A DNA stretch of 35,545 bases from Leidyana gryllorum EB-2025a (GCA_048772705.1 JBLWGC010000026.1:1-35545), one strand, 5' to 3'; positions 11,010 through 21,208 are shown, numbered from the stretch's first letter. The notes: a model not told the origin generated them from the sequence alone. Program-made: numbers and translations.

Positions 11010-12006
11010 CTAACTATTCCATCAATAAATAAATCTCACAGAAACAATGGGTACGGGGAAGCGCCCGAGCGAAGCGACAAGGGCGCTCCCCACACCCCAT
11101 CAATACTTCTTCACGCACACTATTACTCAACGTACATATGAGCCTTAACATCCCGCTCGTACACTAACAATTCGAATACTCATAACTCTTAGCATATATA
11201 CACTCTCTCAATGTTTTATAGCAAACAACTGACCACCACCCTCTTACCACACCTCGAACTACATCCCAATTGTGAATATACTTCCCATTAACCTACCTAT
11301 CATTACACAAATTCATGTCGCCCGAATCAACACTCAAATCCTATGCATAACTTGACTCCATCCGCATATTCTTACAAATTCCCATTCACTCCAATACATA
11401 ATGTCCACGATACGCATTGGACTCATGACATTCTTCTCAACACTCTCAATTCAACTCCAATCTCGTTGATTCCCCTATATCTAGCATTACAAGCTTTTAT
11501 ACGTCTACAAATACTCCCTCAATCAACGAGCAAATCGCTAACTCACTCTAGACCCCTCACACCCTAACAGACAAACCATCTAAACCAATATCACTCACAC
11601 ATAACCATCCAAGTTGCTCCATATTCACTTTAGCAAACTGAGCACACTACACATCACAGCACAGTTACCAAAATACACGCCATACACTCATACAATCATG
11701 CATCTCCAGCTCATATAGTCTCACAAATCAATACATAACAAGCACGATACCTGTCAACATACTAAGCAACACAACTATATCGTCACAGTCTTTTATTAGC
11801 ACAATACACACCACATCAGACCGTACTTGCGCACGCTACAGCAACCGCAACATGTAGAGAATTGAAAGCTAAACATTCGCAAACACGCAAACACAGTACA
11901 ATGCAGCGATAAACACACATAAACCACATAATCCAAAAGCAAACAGCACTCACAACAGCCATCGAAGCCGACCGAAACGCCGAACCAAAGGTTACAGGCA
12001 AACTAG
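11010..12006 (+). mobile_element. Tail of composite Helitron-like repeat (copy 1)
   Basis: Matches 20569-21208 and 1-460. GC-rich hairpin at ~11048-11099. Ends CTAG (12003-12006)|T, interrupting the element C integrase. Confidence 0.6.
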
Positions 12007-14489
12007 TCGCTGATGATTGTCTTCGGGAAACCGTGTTCTCTGACCACCCGTGTCACCAGCATCCGGGCACAGTCGGCTGCGCTCGCGGCGTGTGAGCAGG
12101 GCTCTAGGTGTATTCGCCTCGTTAACCTGTCAATCATGGTGAAAATGCAATCATGGCCGCTTTCGCAGTCTGCGGGCATAGTGACTAGGTCGATTGATAG
12201 TTCCTGCCAGGGGAAGTCGGGGGGATCTATAGGGTTCAGTAGGCCCATGGGTTTGCGGGTCAGGCTCTTTGCCCTTTGGCATGATATGCATTCCTTGCAG
12301 AACTTTCGCACGTCTTCTGTCACTCCTGGCCAGTTGAAATGGCTACGGACCTTCATCAGCGTCCTATCATGGCCTAAGTGCCCAGCGAGATGGGACTCAT
12401 GATTCTCGCTGATCACTGCGTGTCTCAGTGGCGGTGGGACGAATAGTCGGCCAAATTCGTCTGCTATCCACTCTCCTTCACGTTCGAAACCGTCGGGTAT
12501 TTCGGTAGTTGCGCGAACTGCGTCTCGGAAATCCTTGGCAAAGTCTGTTCCTTGCTGTTGTGTGGTCATGTGAATCATGACGCTCTCCCTCTTGGCGCCT
12601 GCGCGGCTCAGTAGGTCTGCAAGGGTGTTTTGGTCTCCTGGGACGTAGTCGATCTTAGCTGGATACTGGGATATTTTCACCAGCCATCTGACAACCTTCG
12701 GGCTCAGGGCACCGCTGCCCTTGGTTAGCACCGTCAGTGGCTTGTGGTCCGTGTGTATGTGGAAGTCGCGGCTCAGCAAGTAATGCTTCCATCTCTTTAC
12801 AGCCGTAAGTATGGCCCATAGTTCCCGTTCGTGCACCGCCCAGTTTCGTTGGGTCGAGTCCAACTTGGTGCTGAAGTGTTCTATGATGTGCCGATCGTTG
12901 CCCTCCCATTGTTCGAGTGTTCCGCCTACGGCGAAGTCACTTGCATCTGTCGTAACATGGAAATCCAGCTTGTCGTCGACCACGCCCAAGGTCAGGTCGC
13001 GGCCGAAAGCCATCTTCAGCTCTTCCCATTGCTGGAAGGTCTGTGGTGTCCACTGTACTTTGTCGCCCTTTTTGCTGAGGTGGTTGATAATCGCGTGGAA
13101 AGGGGCGGTGAGTTGAGCAAATCGCGGGATGTACCTCGCATAATACGTCATGCCCCCGATTATCCGGCGCAGTTCCCCCATAGTAGAGGGTGCGGGCAGT
13201 TCTTTAAGGGCATTTTGTCGTTCCGGGTCCGGTCTGATTCCCGTGGAGTCAATGTGTTGGCCAATAAAAGAGACTTGGGTGATAAAAAATTTTGACTTCC
13301 GAGGGTGGGCAAACAAACTATGGTTTCGGAAGGTCTCCAGCACTTCCCGCAGGTCTTTCCTATGCTGCTCAACGGTAGGGCTATACACCAATACGTCATC
13401 GATGTATGCCGTCACACATTTTCCAATCAGGTGCCGGAGAATGAATTCCATGAAGGCGACGAAGGCCGGCGGGGCGTTTTTCAGTCCGAAAGGTAAGACG
13501 TTCCATTCAAATTGTCCTACTGGGGTCGAGAATGCTGTCAGGTGTCTAAACTCCTCGCGTATTCGGATTTGGTGGTATCCCGACTGTAGGTCGAGCTTGG
13601 AGAAGACTTTGGCTGCGCGGAGTTCCGGTGAGCTGAGGTCTGCTCGTGGAATGGGGTACGCGTATGTGACCGTTTGACTGTTCAGGTTCTTATAGTTGAT
13701 GACCATGCGGGGGACTGGTGTGTCTCGCTTTGGTACCAAGAAGCAGGGGGCTCCCCACTCTGATTTGGAACGACGTATTCGCCCGAGTTCCTCGAGCTCG
13801 GTAAGTTGTCGCACTATTTCGGTCTTGGTAGCGTTCCCACAGGCATATGGGCGTTCGAAACTGGGTTTGGCGTCGGGTCGCAGTTTGATTTCGAAGTCGA
13901 AGAATCCGCGCTCGGGCGGCTGAGTGGCGTTGGTCCTGAACAGTGGACCGAACTCCTCGATAATCCACTCCTCTTCCTCTGGCACGTCTACCGTGAGTGC
14001 TGCTGCTACTAGAATTTGTGCTTGCTTGTCCGGTGCGGTTGCCTCAGCCAGTGATACTTGTTCCAGTACGGTTAACTCGTTCTTTCCGTTGCATCCGATT
14101 GCCAACCTGAGTTGGACTATTGCCTGCGTCCCTATTATTGCATCATACGTATCTATCGTCGCGATGTGAAAAGTTAACCTGAACCTCGTCCCGTTTTGTA
14201 TTCGCACGTCCACTTCGGTAGTTCCCGTTGTGCGTTGCATCCCACCAATTCCGACTAGGTCGCACCCTGTCTTCCGGGTGTTCAGCCTCAATTGGGAGAT
14301 AAGCCGAGGGTGTATCAAGTTGATCTCCGCCCCGCTATCGATGGGGCAGAGGGCTCGGGTGTCGAAGAGGGGTCCACAGAAGGTCCACGTAACCGCGGCC
14401 CGACTGCGGTGGCCTACGGTGAAGACATGATGCGGGGGCGGCCCCGTCCGGCTATTTGCGGTCTCCGGAGGGGCCTTCACTGAAAATCC
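12007..14489 (-). pseudogene. pol: Pol of element C (PR-RT-RH-partial IN)
   Basis: PIDSGA, YIDD, TDASD, HHCC. Ends abruptly at KTIISD, where the CTAG-ended repeat abuts. Confidence 0.9.
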
Positions 14490-15780
14490 GGCTGGTCAGC
14501 CTCTTCTTCCTGTTCTAGGACCTCCACCGGCATGGCTCGTCGGTTAAAGTTGGGTTTGGACGGCTGTCTGGACCGTTTTGGGCAGTTTGGTGACAGGTGG
14601 TCAGCGGATCCGCACGTGAAACAGAGGCCGTGCTTTTGACAATGCTCGCGGGTGTGCGGGTTTTGGAACCCTACCCCTCTTGTAACACGACGCCACCCGA
14701 ACCCCGAACCCCTTTACTGGACCGACCGACACAACTCAGTCCGGAGGAAGGGACGGTCCTCGGAGGCCGTCTGCTACGCCAAAGGCGGATAGTATGACGA
14801 CATTTGGCCGCAGCCAATATGTCCACGTGTCTGTGTCTCCGTCTCGTGCCGGCCGGCCGGCCGGCACACATACGGAGACACAGACCAGACAGACAGCAAG
14901 ATAGATTCTAGATCGAGAACTTACCCTAGTGTGACTTACCTTTTTGCTGTTGCTTGTCACTCACCTCTAGACCGATGGAACCGATAGATCACGTACCTAT
15001 GACACTCCGCAATGGACGCGAGGTCCACCCAACCGCGTATAACCCTCAAGAAGGTTACACCTCTGCTGCGAATTGTCAAAACACGTTGTGTGTCGATGGA
15101 TCGGGCTTTGTGAGCCTTCCCTACTTCAGCCAGGAAGGTTAAGGCTTCATCGGTGTTGCGAGCATTTCTGCTCAGCAACAGGTCGCATATGTTCGGTGGG
15201 AGTGCTTGGTGGATCCTCTGCATGAATTGCTCATCTCCGAGGTAGAATACTCCCCTGCGAAGCTCCCGGAATCTCTTGACAAAGCCAATGAGGTTGCGTG
15301 GGTCCGCTTTCAGATCCATCAGCTCTTCCAGGTCCGAGCGAGTTCCGTTTCCGAACTCTTTCATGAACTGGTCACGGAAGACCAGCCACGGTAGGTTCCG
15401 TACGTCTGTCGTACTGCTCACTGCGTTGAGCCACCGTGCGGCCGAGTCCTTCAGTGAGCCACATGCCACCCTGGTTCGCACTTCGTCCTCTATCATCAAT
15501 GTATCGAAGGCGGCTTCAAGGTTATCCAGGTGAGTTCGTGCGTCCTGGTCTCCGGTGTACGTTCCGGTCACTTGTGTCACTAATCTGATGTGTTGTGCCA
15601 GCGTGGCAACGGGTACGTGTGCATAGTTGGAGCTGTCTGGTCGATCTTGTCCGTGAAGTCACTGCTACCAGTGTAAGTGTCGGGCTCAAGTTCCTGATCT
15701 GGGTGGCTGCTCTGTTTAGCTCTTTTGGTAAGTTTCTTAGGTAAGATAGATCTGGTTCCGGATCTGGTATTAACAGCCAT
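14477..15780 (-). pseudogene. gag: Gag of element C (frameshift near 15580-15620; solo LTR inserted at 14681-15059)
   Basis: Removing the insertion and one TSD restores TIRSRG|VGFQNPHTREHCQKHGLCFTCGSADHLSPNC (CCHC). Confidence 0.85.
14681..15059 (+). mobile_element. Solo LTR (379 bp) with 5-bp TSD CCTCT
   Basis: TGTAAC...GTTACA termini; CCTCT at 14676-14680 and 15060-15064. Confidence 0.9.
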
Positions 15781-15882
15781 TCTGGTCCTGGTCGTGTGTC
15801 GCGTGTTTGTACGGTGCCGGTGTCTCCGTGGAGACACCGCCGGTCATGTAATCAAAAAGGGGGGCACGGGAAGAGATCTAAA
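15672..15882 (-). repeat. Element C 5' LTR
   Basis: Homologous to the B LTR (CCCCCCTTTTT..TTACATGA..GTGTCTCCACGGAGACACCGGCAC...GACACTTACA). Outer end reads TTTAG instead of TGTAG. Confidence 0.8.
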
Positions 15883-15990
15883 CTGACGTCTGTTGTTCCG
15901 ACGATTAGCCGGTCTGCCGGGAAGGTGGAGGTAGTAGTGTAAACCCTTACACGAAGTGCGCACGCCCCCATCGTTTTGTGTATCTCTGTT

Positions 15991-16040
15991 TGGGACATTA
16001 AAAGTCCCAACTGCCAGTTCTTGGGACATATTTTGTCCCA
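15991..16040. promoter_or_regulatory. Palindrome pair TGGGAC-N7-GTCCCA (15991-16009, 16022-16040)
   Basis: Read directly; arms extend to 7 and 9 bp. Function unknown. Confidence 0.6.
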
Positions 16041-16086
16041 AGCCTGGTCTCGAGTCTCTGACATTGCCGGAGGGATGGGTCCTCTC

Positions 16087-16836
16087 CTAATGACCCTTGG
16101 TGGCCGGATCCTCCTTCCGGCCTGACTGAAAAGGGCCTTTGCCTTTCCTCTTGCGCCCTCTGGAGGATCCGCCGTTTCCGCCGTCGTGCCTCTGGATTTT
16201 GTCATCATAAGCTCCGTAGACCTTGAACCCCTTGATGTAGTTTGCCACCTCCTCCGTAGTTGACATTCCCGTCCTGATAGCTATCTCCAAAGCCGTCTCC
16301 ATGGACATTCCTCGGTGGTCCACGCAGTCAATGAGAAACGCGATAAGTCCTGAGACCGTCGTTGCCGATGTCTTGTAAACCTTCGCCATCATTTCTCTGC
16401 CGCGTATGACCTCTTCCGATTCGTTGAATGTCTTAAATGTAGATGGTGCCACCGTCCGTCTGGTCGGTGTGCCCGGATTCCGCTCGGACTCGTCTTCAGA
16501 TGGTGGAGGTATGCGTGTTTGGGCCGTTTGTTTGTCTGTATGACATGCAGACATACTGGATGTTGGTAACATTCGCGTGGGTCCGGTGAGCTGGGCTAAT
16601 GCCAAAGATAGTGCCTGCAAGGCCGTAGTGGAGTCCATATAGACTCTGTTGGATATCTTTTGCATAGTCTCCCGTGACAACTTTTCCTTCATGCTTGGAG
16701 TGTAAATTCCATCCGTGACCTCTGTAGGTTCCGATATAGGATCCACTACTTCCCCAGGCTCCTTAGGGTCCACTGGATCCTTGGGCTCCTTGGGGGTGGT
16801 CGAACGTGCAGCTCCCGCTGCTGATTTAGGAGGCAT
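16087..16836 (-). CDS. Hypothetical 249-aa protein with basic C-terminal tail (Gag/core-like?)
   Basis: Intact ATG ORF (MPPK...) preceded by an AT/pyrimidine-rich leader. Tail SRGRKRKGKG; no motif recognised. Confidence 0.6.
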   Translation of the reverse strand: MPPKSAAGAARSTTPKEPKDPVDPKEPGEVVDPISEPTEVTDGIYTPSMKEKLSRETMQKISNRVYMDSTTALQALSLALAQLTGPTRMLPTSSMSACHTDKQTAQTRIPPPSEDESERNPGTPTRRTVAPSTFKTFNESEEVIRGREMMAKVYKTSATTVSGLIAFLIDCVDHRGMSMETALEIAIRTGMSTTEEVANYIKGFKVYGAYDDKIQRHDGGNGGSSRGRKRKGKGPFQSGRKEDPATKGH

Positions 16837-16962
16837 GTAGACAGGCGATTAAAATAGTTGGGAGAGTGAGAAGAAGAAGAAATGGAAAAAGATAAAATTT
16901 TCTAACTAATAAAAGCTAGGTGTGAAAAACCCTAAGGGTTTTCCGTTTTTCCTGTCTCCCAA

Positions 16963-17002
16963 CGGGACTTCCGATGTCCCATCTGGGACTTTTAATGTCC
17001 CA
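16963..17002. promoter_or_regulatory. Palindrome pair (C/T)GGGAC-N7-GTCCCA (16963-16981, 16984-17002)
   Basis: Read directly. 16984-17002 is the exact reverse complement of 15991-16009 and contains the RT stop codon. Confidence 0.6.
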
Positions 17003-18506
17003 GCCTGTCATAGTCCACGTGGCGCAGTCTGGCCGTTCGTGGATCGAACTGTAGGGAATGTACCCTGGTTCCTTTATCCGCGGGGTTCGCCACCCCGGGC
17101 ACCCACTGTATATCCTGTACCTCCATCACGTCCAGCAAGCGACGTAAGCGCGTGCACCAGTACTGATAATCACCTTTCGGTTCTGCTGGTGGCTGCTGGA
17201 GTGTTCGTATCATCAGCTCGTTGTCTCCATAAAAGCCTATTGGCTCGCGAACTGTCTTCGCAATCCTCTGTATTTGGACCTTCATCTTTTCCATTAACTT
17301 ACAGGCGCCCATAGCCTCCATTTCAGCAGATGAGCCAAAGGTGGCGGTGACCGGCATATGCTCAGTCAGGGCTTCGACTGTGTTATGGAACACCCGTAGT
17401 GTGGCCCCTGTTGGGGCTGCGTCCACATATATGGAAACACCGGGGTCGGAAATCGCTGGTCCCAATGATATGACACGTGTACCGATGCTGTTGCAGGTCT
17501 CGAGGATGAGACTACGCCTGGAGCGTGATACGTATTTGTGGGTGGTGACTGCTCGATTCGAGGTCTTGATGGCCCGTCGCTCCCCGTCTGTGAGAAACCG
17601 TCGTAAGCAACATAGCAGTCCAAATCTTCTTTGATACTGTTGTACACCGCTGGGGCCAAGAGGCCCGGGCCCTGGCAAGGGCTGGCGGAGTTTGGTTCGA
17701 TGGTCATCTTGGGGGCGGATGGTGCGGGTCCTGAAATTAAAGAGAAGCCCAAGGATGGGGAGTTCGGCTCCCGTCTGGCTCTTTTCCTCGTTGATGCGCA
17801 GTCCGGCTGAACATAGGTGCTTTCGCACTCTGTCCGCTCGTGCCTGAGCGTCCTTCTGGTCGCTTCCGGCAATGAGGACGTCGTCCTGGTAGTATCGGAT
17901 ATTCCTCCGATCGTCTTCGTCCGGTAGTGCCTGTAGCACTCGTCCCATAAACATATGAAATGTTCTTGGGCCTCCGGAGACTCCCATAGGCATTTTTCTA
18001 TACCGATAGTATCGGCCACCGCACGTAATTCCGTAGAAATCTCGCTGATCCTCTCGGAGTGCAACGGTGTGAAACGCCTTTGTACAGTCCAACTTGGCGA
18101 TCCAAGGCTTGGATGCTGCCCACACGTGGAGGGCTTCCGGGGTCTCGACGGTAACGAACTTGCCCGTTCGTTTCGCCTGTGCGTTGACTCGGGTAAAGTC
18201 ATGAGTAACCCTTCCTTTTGCGCCCTTCCAGACGATGACAGGGTTTGACAGGCAGGCTGGCTTGCTTTCGCAGCTCTCGATGATGCCTTGTCTAAGGCTC
18301 GCCTCGATCCACTCTCTATACTTGCGATAGTCGCGTCTGCAGAGTCTTTTCTCCGTGAACGCAGTGTCCGCCCTGTACGGCTGGATGTCATCGCTGAACT
18401 CGACCGTGTCTGTCGTAGATGCAGTAGAAGCTGCAGATGAGTGATCGGGTGTCTTCTTCGAAATTTTGGCTGTAGTAATAAAATTTATTACATTTTTTTG
18501 ATGTCG
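16992..18506 (-). CDS. LTR-class (DIRS/Gypsy-like) reverse transcriptase + RNase H; start codon unresolved
   Basis: Frame is stop-free to 18506: LRQGIIE..SNPVIVWK..RVTHDFTRVN..KLDCTKAF..MPMG..YQDD..ILG; RH YVDAA..EMEA..GDN..WVPGVANPAD. No in-frame ATG before the RT core. Confidence 0.85.
   Translation of the reverse strand, partial: RHQKNVINFITTAKISKKTPDHSSAASTASTTDTVEFSDDIQPYRADTAFTEKRLCRRDYRKYREWIEASLRQGIIESCESKPACLSNPVIVWKGAKGRVTHDFTRVNAQAKRTGKFVTVETPEALHVWAASKPWIAKLDCTKAFHTVALREDQRDFYGITCGGRYYRYRKMPMGVSGGPRTFHMFMGRVLQALPDEDDRRNIRYYQDDVLIAGSDQKDAQARADRVRKHLCSAGLRINEEKSQTGAELPILGLLFNFRTRTIRPQDDHRTKLRQPLPGPGPLGPSGVQQYQRRFGLLCCLRRFLTDGERRAIKTSNRAVTTHKYVSRSRRSLILETCNSIGTRVISLGPAISDPGVSIYVDAAPTGATLRVFHNTVEALTEHMPVTATFGSSAEMEAMGACKLMEKMKVQIQRIAKTVREPIGFYGDNELMIRTLQQPPAEPKGDYQYWCTRLRRLLDVMEVQDIQWVPGVANPADKGTRVHSLQFDPRTARLRHVDYDRLGH
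17366..18391 (-). CDS. 341-aa ORF overprinted on the RT in another frame
   Basis: ATG-initiated, 1026 nt stop-free, Ser/Thr/Arg/Pro-rich, and entirely inside the RT-RH frame. Confidence 0.4.
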   Translation of the reverse strand: MTSSRTGRTLRSRRKDSADATIASIESGSRRALDKASSRAAKASQPACQTLSSSGRAQKEGLLMTLPESTHRRNERASSLPSRPRKPSTCGQHPSLGSPSWTVQRRFTPLHSERISEISTELRAVADTIGIEKCLWESPEAQEHFICLWDECYRHYRTKTIGGISDTTRTTSSLPEATRRTLRHERTECESTYVQPDCASTRKRARREPNSPSLGFSLISGPAPSAPKMTIEPNSASPCQGPGLLAPAVYNSIKEDLDCYVAYDGFSQTGSDGPSRPRIEQSPPTNTYHAPGVVSSSRPATASVHVSYHWDQRFPTPVFPYMWTQPQQGPHYGCSITQSKP

Positions 18507-18663
18507 TCACCCTTATCTCGTTACAAGTTTATCGGTGTTTTTTGATGTCGTCATCCTTATCTCGTTACAAATTCATCGGAATTTTTCATGTCGTCATCCT
18601 TAACCCGTTACTAATTCATCGGAATTTTTCATGTCGTCATCCTTAACCCCTTACCAAATTTTT
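18493..18663. repeat. Four ~44-bp tandem repeats (TTTTT(G/C)ATGTCGTCA(T/C)CCTTA...TTAC...)
   Basis: Units at about 18493, 18538, 18582, 18625; head-to-tail with no spacers. Confidence 0.9.
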
Positions 18664-18689
18664 CAAAAAAGCAGAGTTCGTCACCAGTG

Positions 18690-20450
18690 TGCAACTTGTA
18701 CCAGATGATACTTGTGTTACACATCTCTTTGCAGCACCTTCAATACCCCTTTGCAACATGTTCGAGACTTGTTTGCGACATGTTTGACACTTGTTTGCTA
18801 CCTGTTTCACACTTATTTCCTACTTGCTTCCTACTTGTTTGATACTTCTTTGAAACTTGTTTGCCACCTGCTTTACACTTGCTTGCCACTTCTTTGCCAC
18901 ATCTTTCATACTTCGTTGACACTCAGTTGAGACTTGTTCGCCACATGTTAAACACTTTTCTGCCACATATTTCACACTTGTTTGATACTCGTTTGACACG
19001 TGTTTGCCACTTCTTCGCCACATGTTTAACACTTGTTTGAAACTCCGTTGAGACTTGTTCACCACATGTTTAACACTTTTTTCCCACATGTTCCACACTT
19101 GTTTGACACTCGTTTGAAACTTGTTTGCCGCATGCTTTACACTTGCTTGCCAGTTCTTTGCCACATGTTTAACACTTGTTTGAAACTCCGTTGAGACTTG
19201 TTCGCCACATGTTTAACACTTTTTTGCCACATGTTCCACACTTGTTTGACACTCGTTTGACACTTGTTTGCGACATGTTTGCGACATCTTTGGCACTTGT
19301 TTGCCACATGCTTTACACTTGCTTGCCAGTTCATTGCCACATGTTTAACACTTGTTTGAAACTCCGTTGAGACTTGTTCGCCACATGTTTAACACTTTTT
19401 TGCCACATGTTCCACACTTGTTTGACACTCGTTTGACACTTGTTTGCGACATCTTTGGCGACTTGTTTTGCTACTTGTTTGCCACGTGTTACACACACGT
19501 TTACCACTTGTTTCCTACATGTTTGCCACATGTTTCACACTCGTTTGACACTTGTTTGCGACATCTTTGGCACTTGTTTTGCTACTTGTTTGCCACGTGT
19601 TACACACACGCTTGCCACTTGTTTCCTACATGTTTGCCACATGTTTCACACTTGTTTGACACTCGTTTGACACGTGTTTGCTACTTCTTCGCCACATGTT
19701 TAACACTTGTTTGAAACTCCGTTGAGACTTGTTCACCACATGTTTAACACTTTTTTCCCACATGTTCCACACTTGTTTGACACTCGTTTAAACTTGTTTG
19801 CCGCATGCTTTACACTTGCTTGCCAGTTCTTTGCCACATGTTTAACACTTGTTTGAAACTCCGTTGAGACTTGTTCGCCACATGTTTAACACTTTTTTGC
19901 CACAACTTGTTTGATACTTCTTTGAAACTTGTTTGCCACATGCTTTACACTTGCTTGTCAGTTCTTTGCCACATGTTTAACACTTGTTTGAAACTCCGTT
20001 GAGACTTGTTCGCCACATGTTTAACACTTTTTTGCCACATGTTCCACACTTGTTTGACACTTGTTTGCGACATGTTTGCGACATCTTTGGCACTTGTTTG
20101 CCACATGCTTTACACTTGCTTGCCAGTTCTTTGCCACATGTTTAACACTTGTTTGAAACTCCGTTGAGACTTGTTCGCCACATGTTTAACACTTTTTTGC
20201 CACATGTTCCACACTTGTTTCACACTCGTTTGACACTTGTTTGCCACATGCTTTACACTTGCTTGCCAGTTCTTTGCCACATGCTTTACACTTGCTTGCC
20301 AGTTCTTTGCCACATGTTTAACACTTGTTTGAAACTCCGTTGAGACTTGTTCGCCACATGTTTAACACTTTTTTGCCACATGTTCCAGGCTTGTTTGACA
20401 CTGGTTTCCGAGTTGTTTGACACTTGTTTCACACTTCTTTGCTACTTGAT
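18690..20450. repeat. Satellite array 2 (same 11-bp family as array 1)
   Basis: Same monomers and HORs. 18808 onward matches the start of array 1; 20378-20411 matches its end. Confidence 0.95.
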
Positions 20451-21208
20451 AGGTACTTAAATGACACTTCTCTACAAGTCGTTTGAACTCGTACATATCG
20501 TTCCAGCGCAATTGCACGCAAGATTGATGCAATTGGTCCGTTCTACTTATCACATTCACGATAGGTTGCTAACTATTCCATCAATAAATAAATCTCACAG
20601 AAACAATGGGTACGGGGAAGCGCCCGAGCGAAGCGACAAGGGCGCTCCACACACCCCATCAATACTTCTTCACGCACACTATTACTCAACGTACATATCA
20701 GCCTTAACATCCCGCTCGTACACTAACAATCCGAATACCCATAACTCTTAGCATATATACACTCTCTCAATGTTTTATAGCAAACAACTGACCACCACCC
20801 TCTTACCACACCTCGAACTACATCACAATTGTCAATATACTCCTATTAACCTACCTATCATTAGCCAAATTCATGTCGCCCGAATCAACACTCAAATCCT
20901 ATGCATAACTTGACTCCATCCGCATATTCTTACAAATTCCCATTCACTCCAATAAATAATGTCCACGATACGCATTGGACTCATGACATTCTTCTCAACA
21001 CTCTCAATTCAACTCCGATGTATTTGATTCCCCTATATCTAGCATTACAAGCTTTCATACCTCTCCAAATACTCCCTCACTTAACGAGCGAATCGCTAAC
21101 TCACTCTAGACCCTTCACACCTAACAGACAAACCATCTAAACCAATATCACTCACACATAACTTTCCAAGTTGCTCCATATTCACTTTAGCAAACTGAGC
21201 ATACTACA
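20451..21208 (+). mobile_element. Linker and tail of composite Helitron-like repeat (copy 2), truncated by the element E LTR
   Basis: 20569-21208 matches 11010-~11650; similarity stops at the TG of LTR 21209. Confidence 0.6.

Larger units (their letters stand above)
12007..15882 (-). mobile_element. Element C: chromovirus-family element, 3'-truncated in integrase, gag interrupted by a solo LTR
   Basis: LTR 15672-15882, PBS 15660-15670, gag, GGATTTT at 14483-14489, and pol similar to element B. Confidence 0.92.
15883..18689 (-). mobile_element. Unclassified RT-RNase H retroelement-like unit (no PR/IN/YR detected)
   Basis: RT-RH frame, overlapping ORF, downstream orphan ORF, four related palindromes, 44-bp repeats and a CACTG end. 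Unity of these parts is inferred from adjacency. Confidence 0.55.

Noticed and set aside
11343-11567. ORF MHNLTPSAYS (also 20901-21140)
   Set aside because: Recurs only because the repeat is duplicated; no domain, and C-termini differ by an indel.
2852-14483. Numerous antisense and alternate-frame ORFs over the pol genes
   Set aside because: Shadow ORFs of long coding regions, without motifs or conservation between elements.
14681-14963. Shorter solo-LTR boundary ending ...CACTCA|CCTCT
   Set aside because: The 15059 boundary gives a perfect TGTAAC/GTTACA terminal repeat, the same TSD, and a cleaner restored gag.
16925-16942. Telomere-like AACCCTAAGGGTTTT
   Set aside because: A single short palindrome, not a tandem telomeric array; at most a local regulatory hairpin.
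18493-18663. CRISPR-like appearance of 44-bp repeats
   Set aside because: Head-to-tail degenerate repeats without unique spacers, no cas genes, eukaryotic context.
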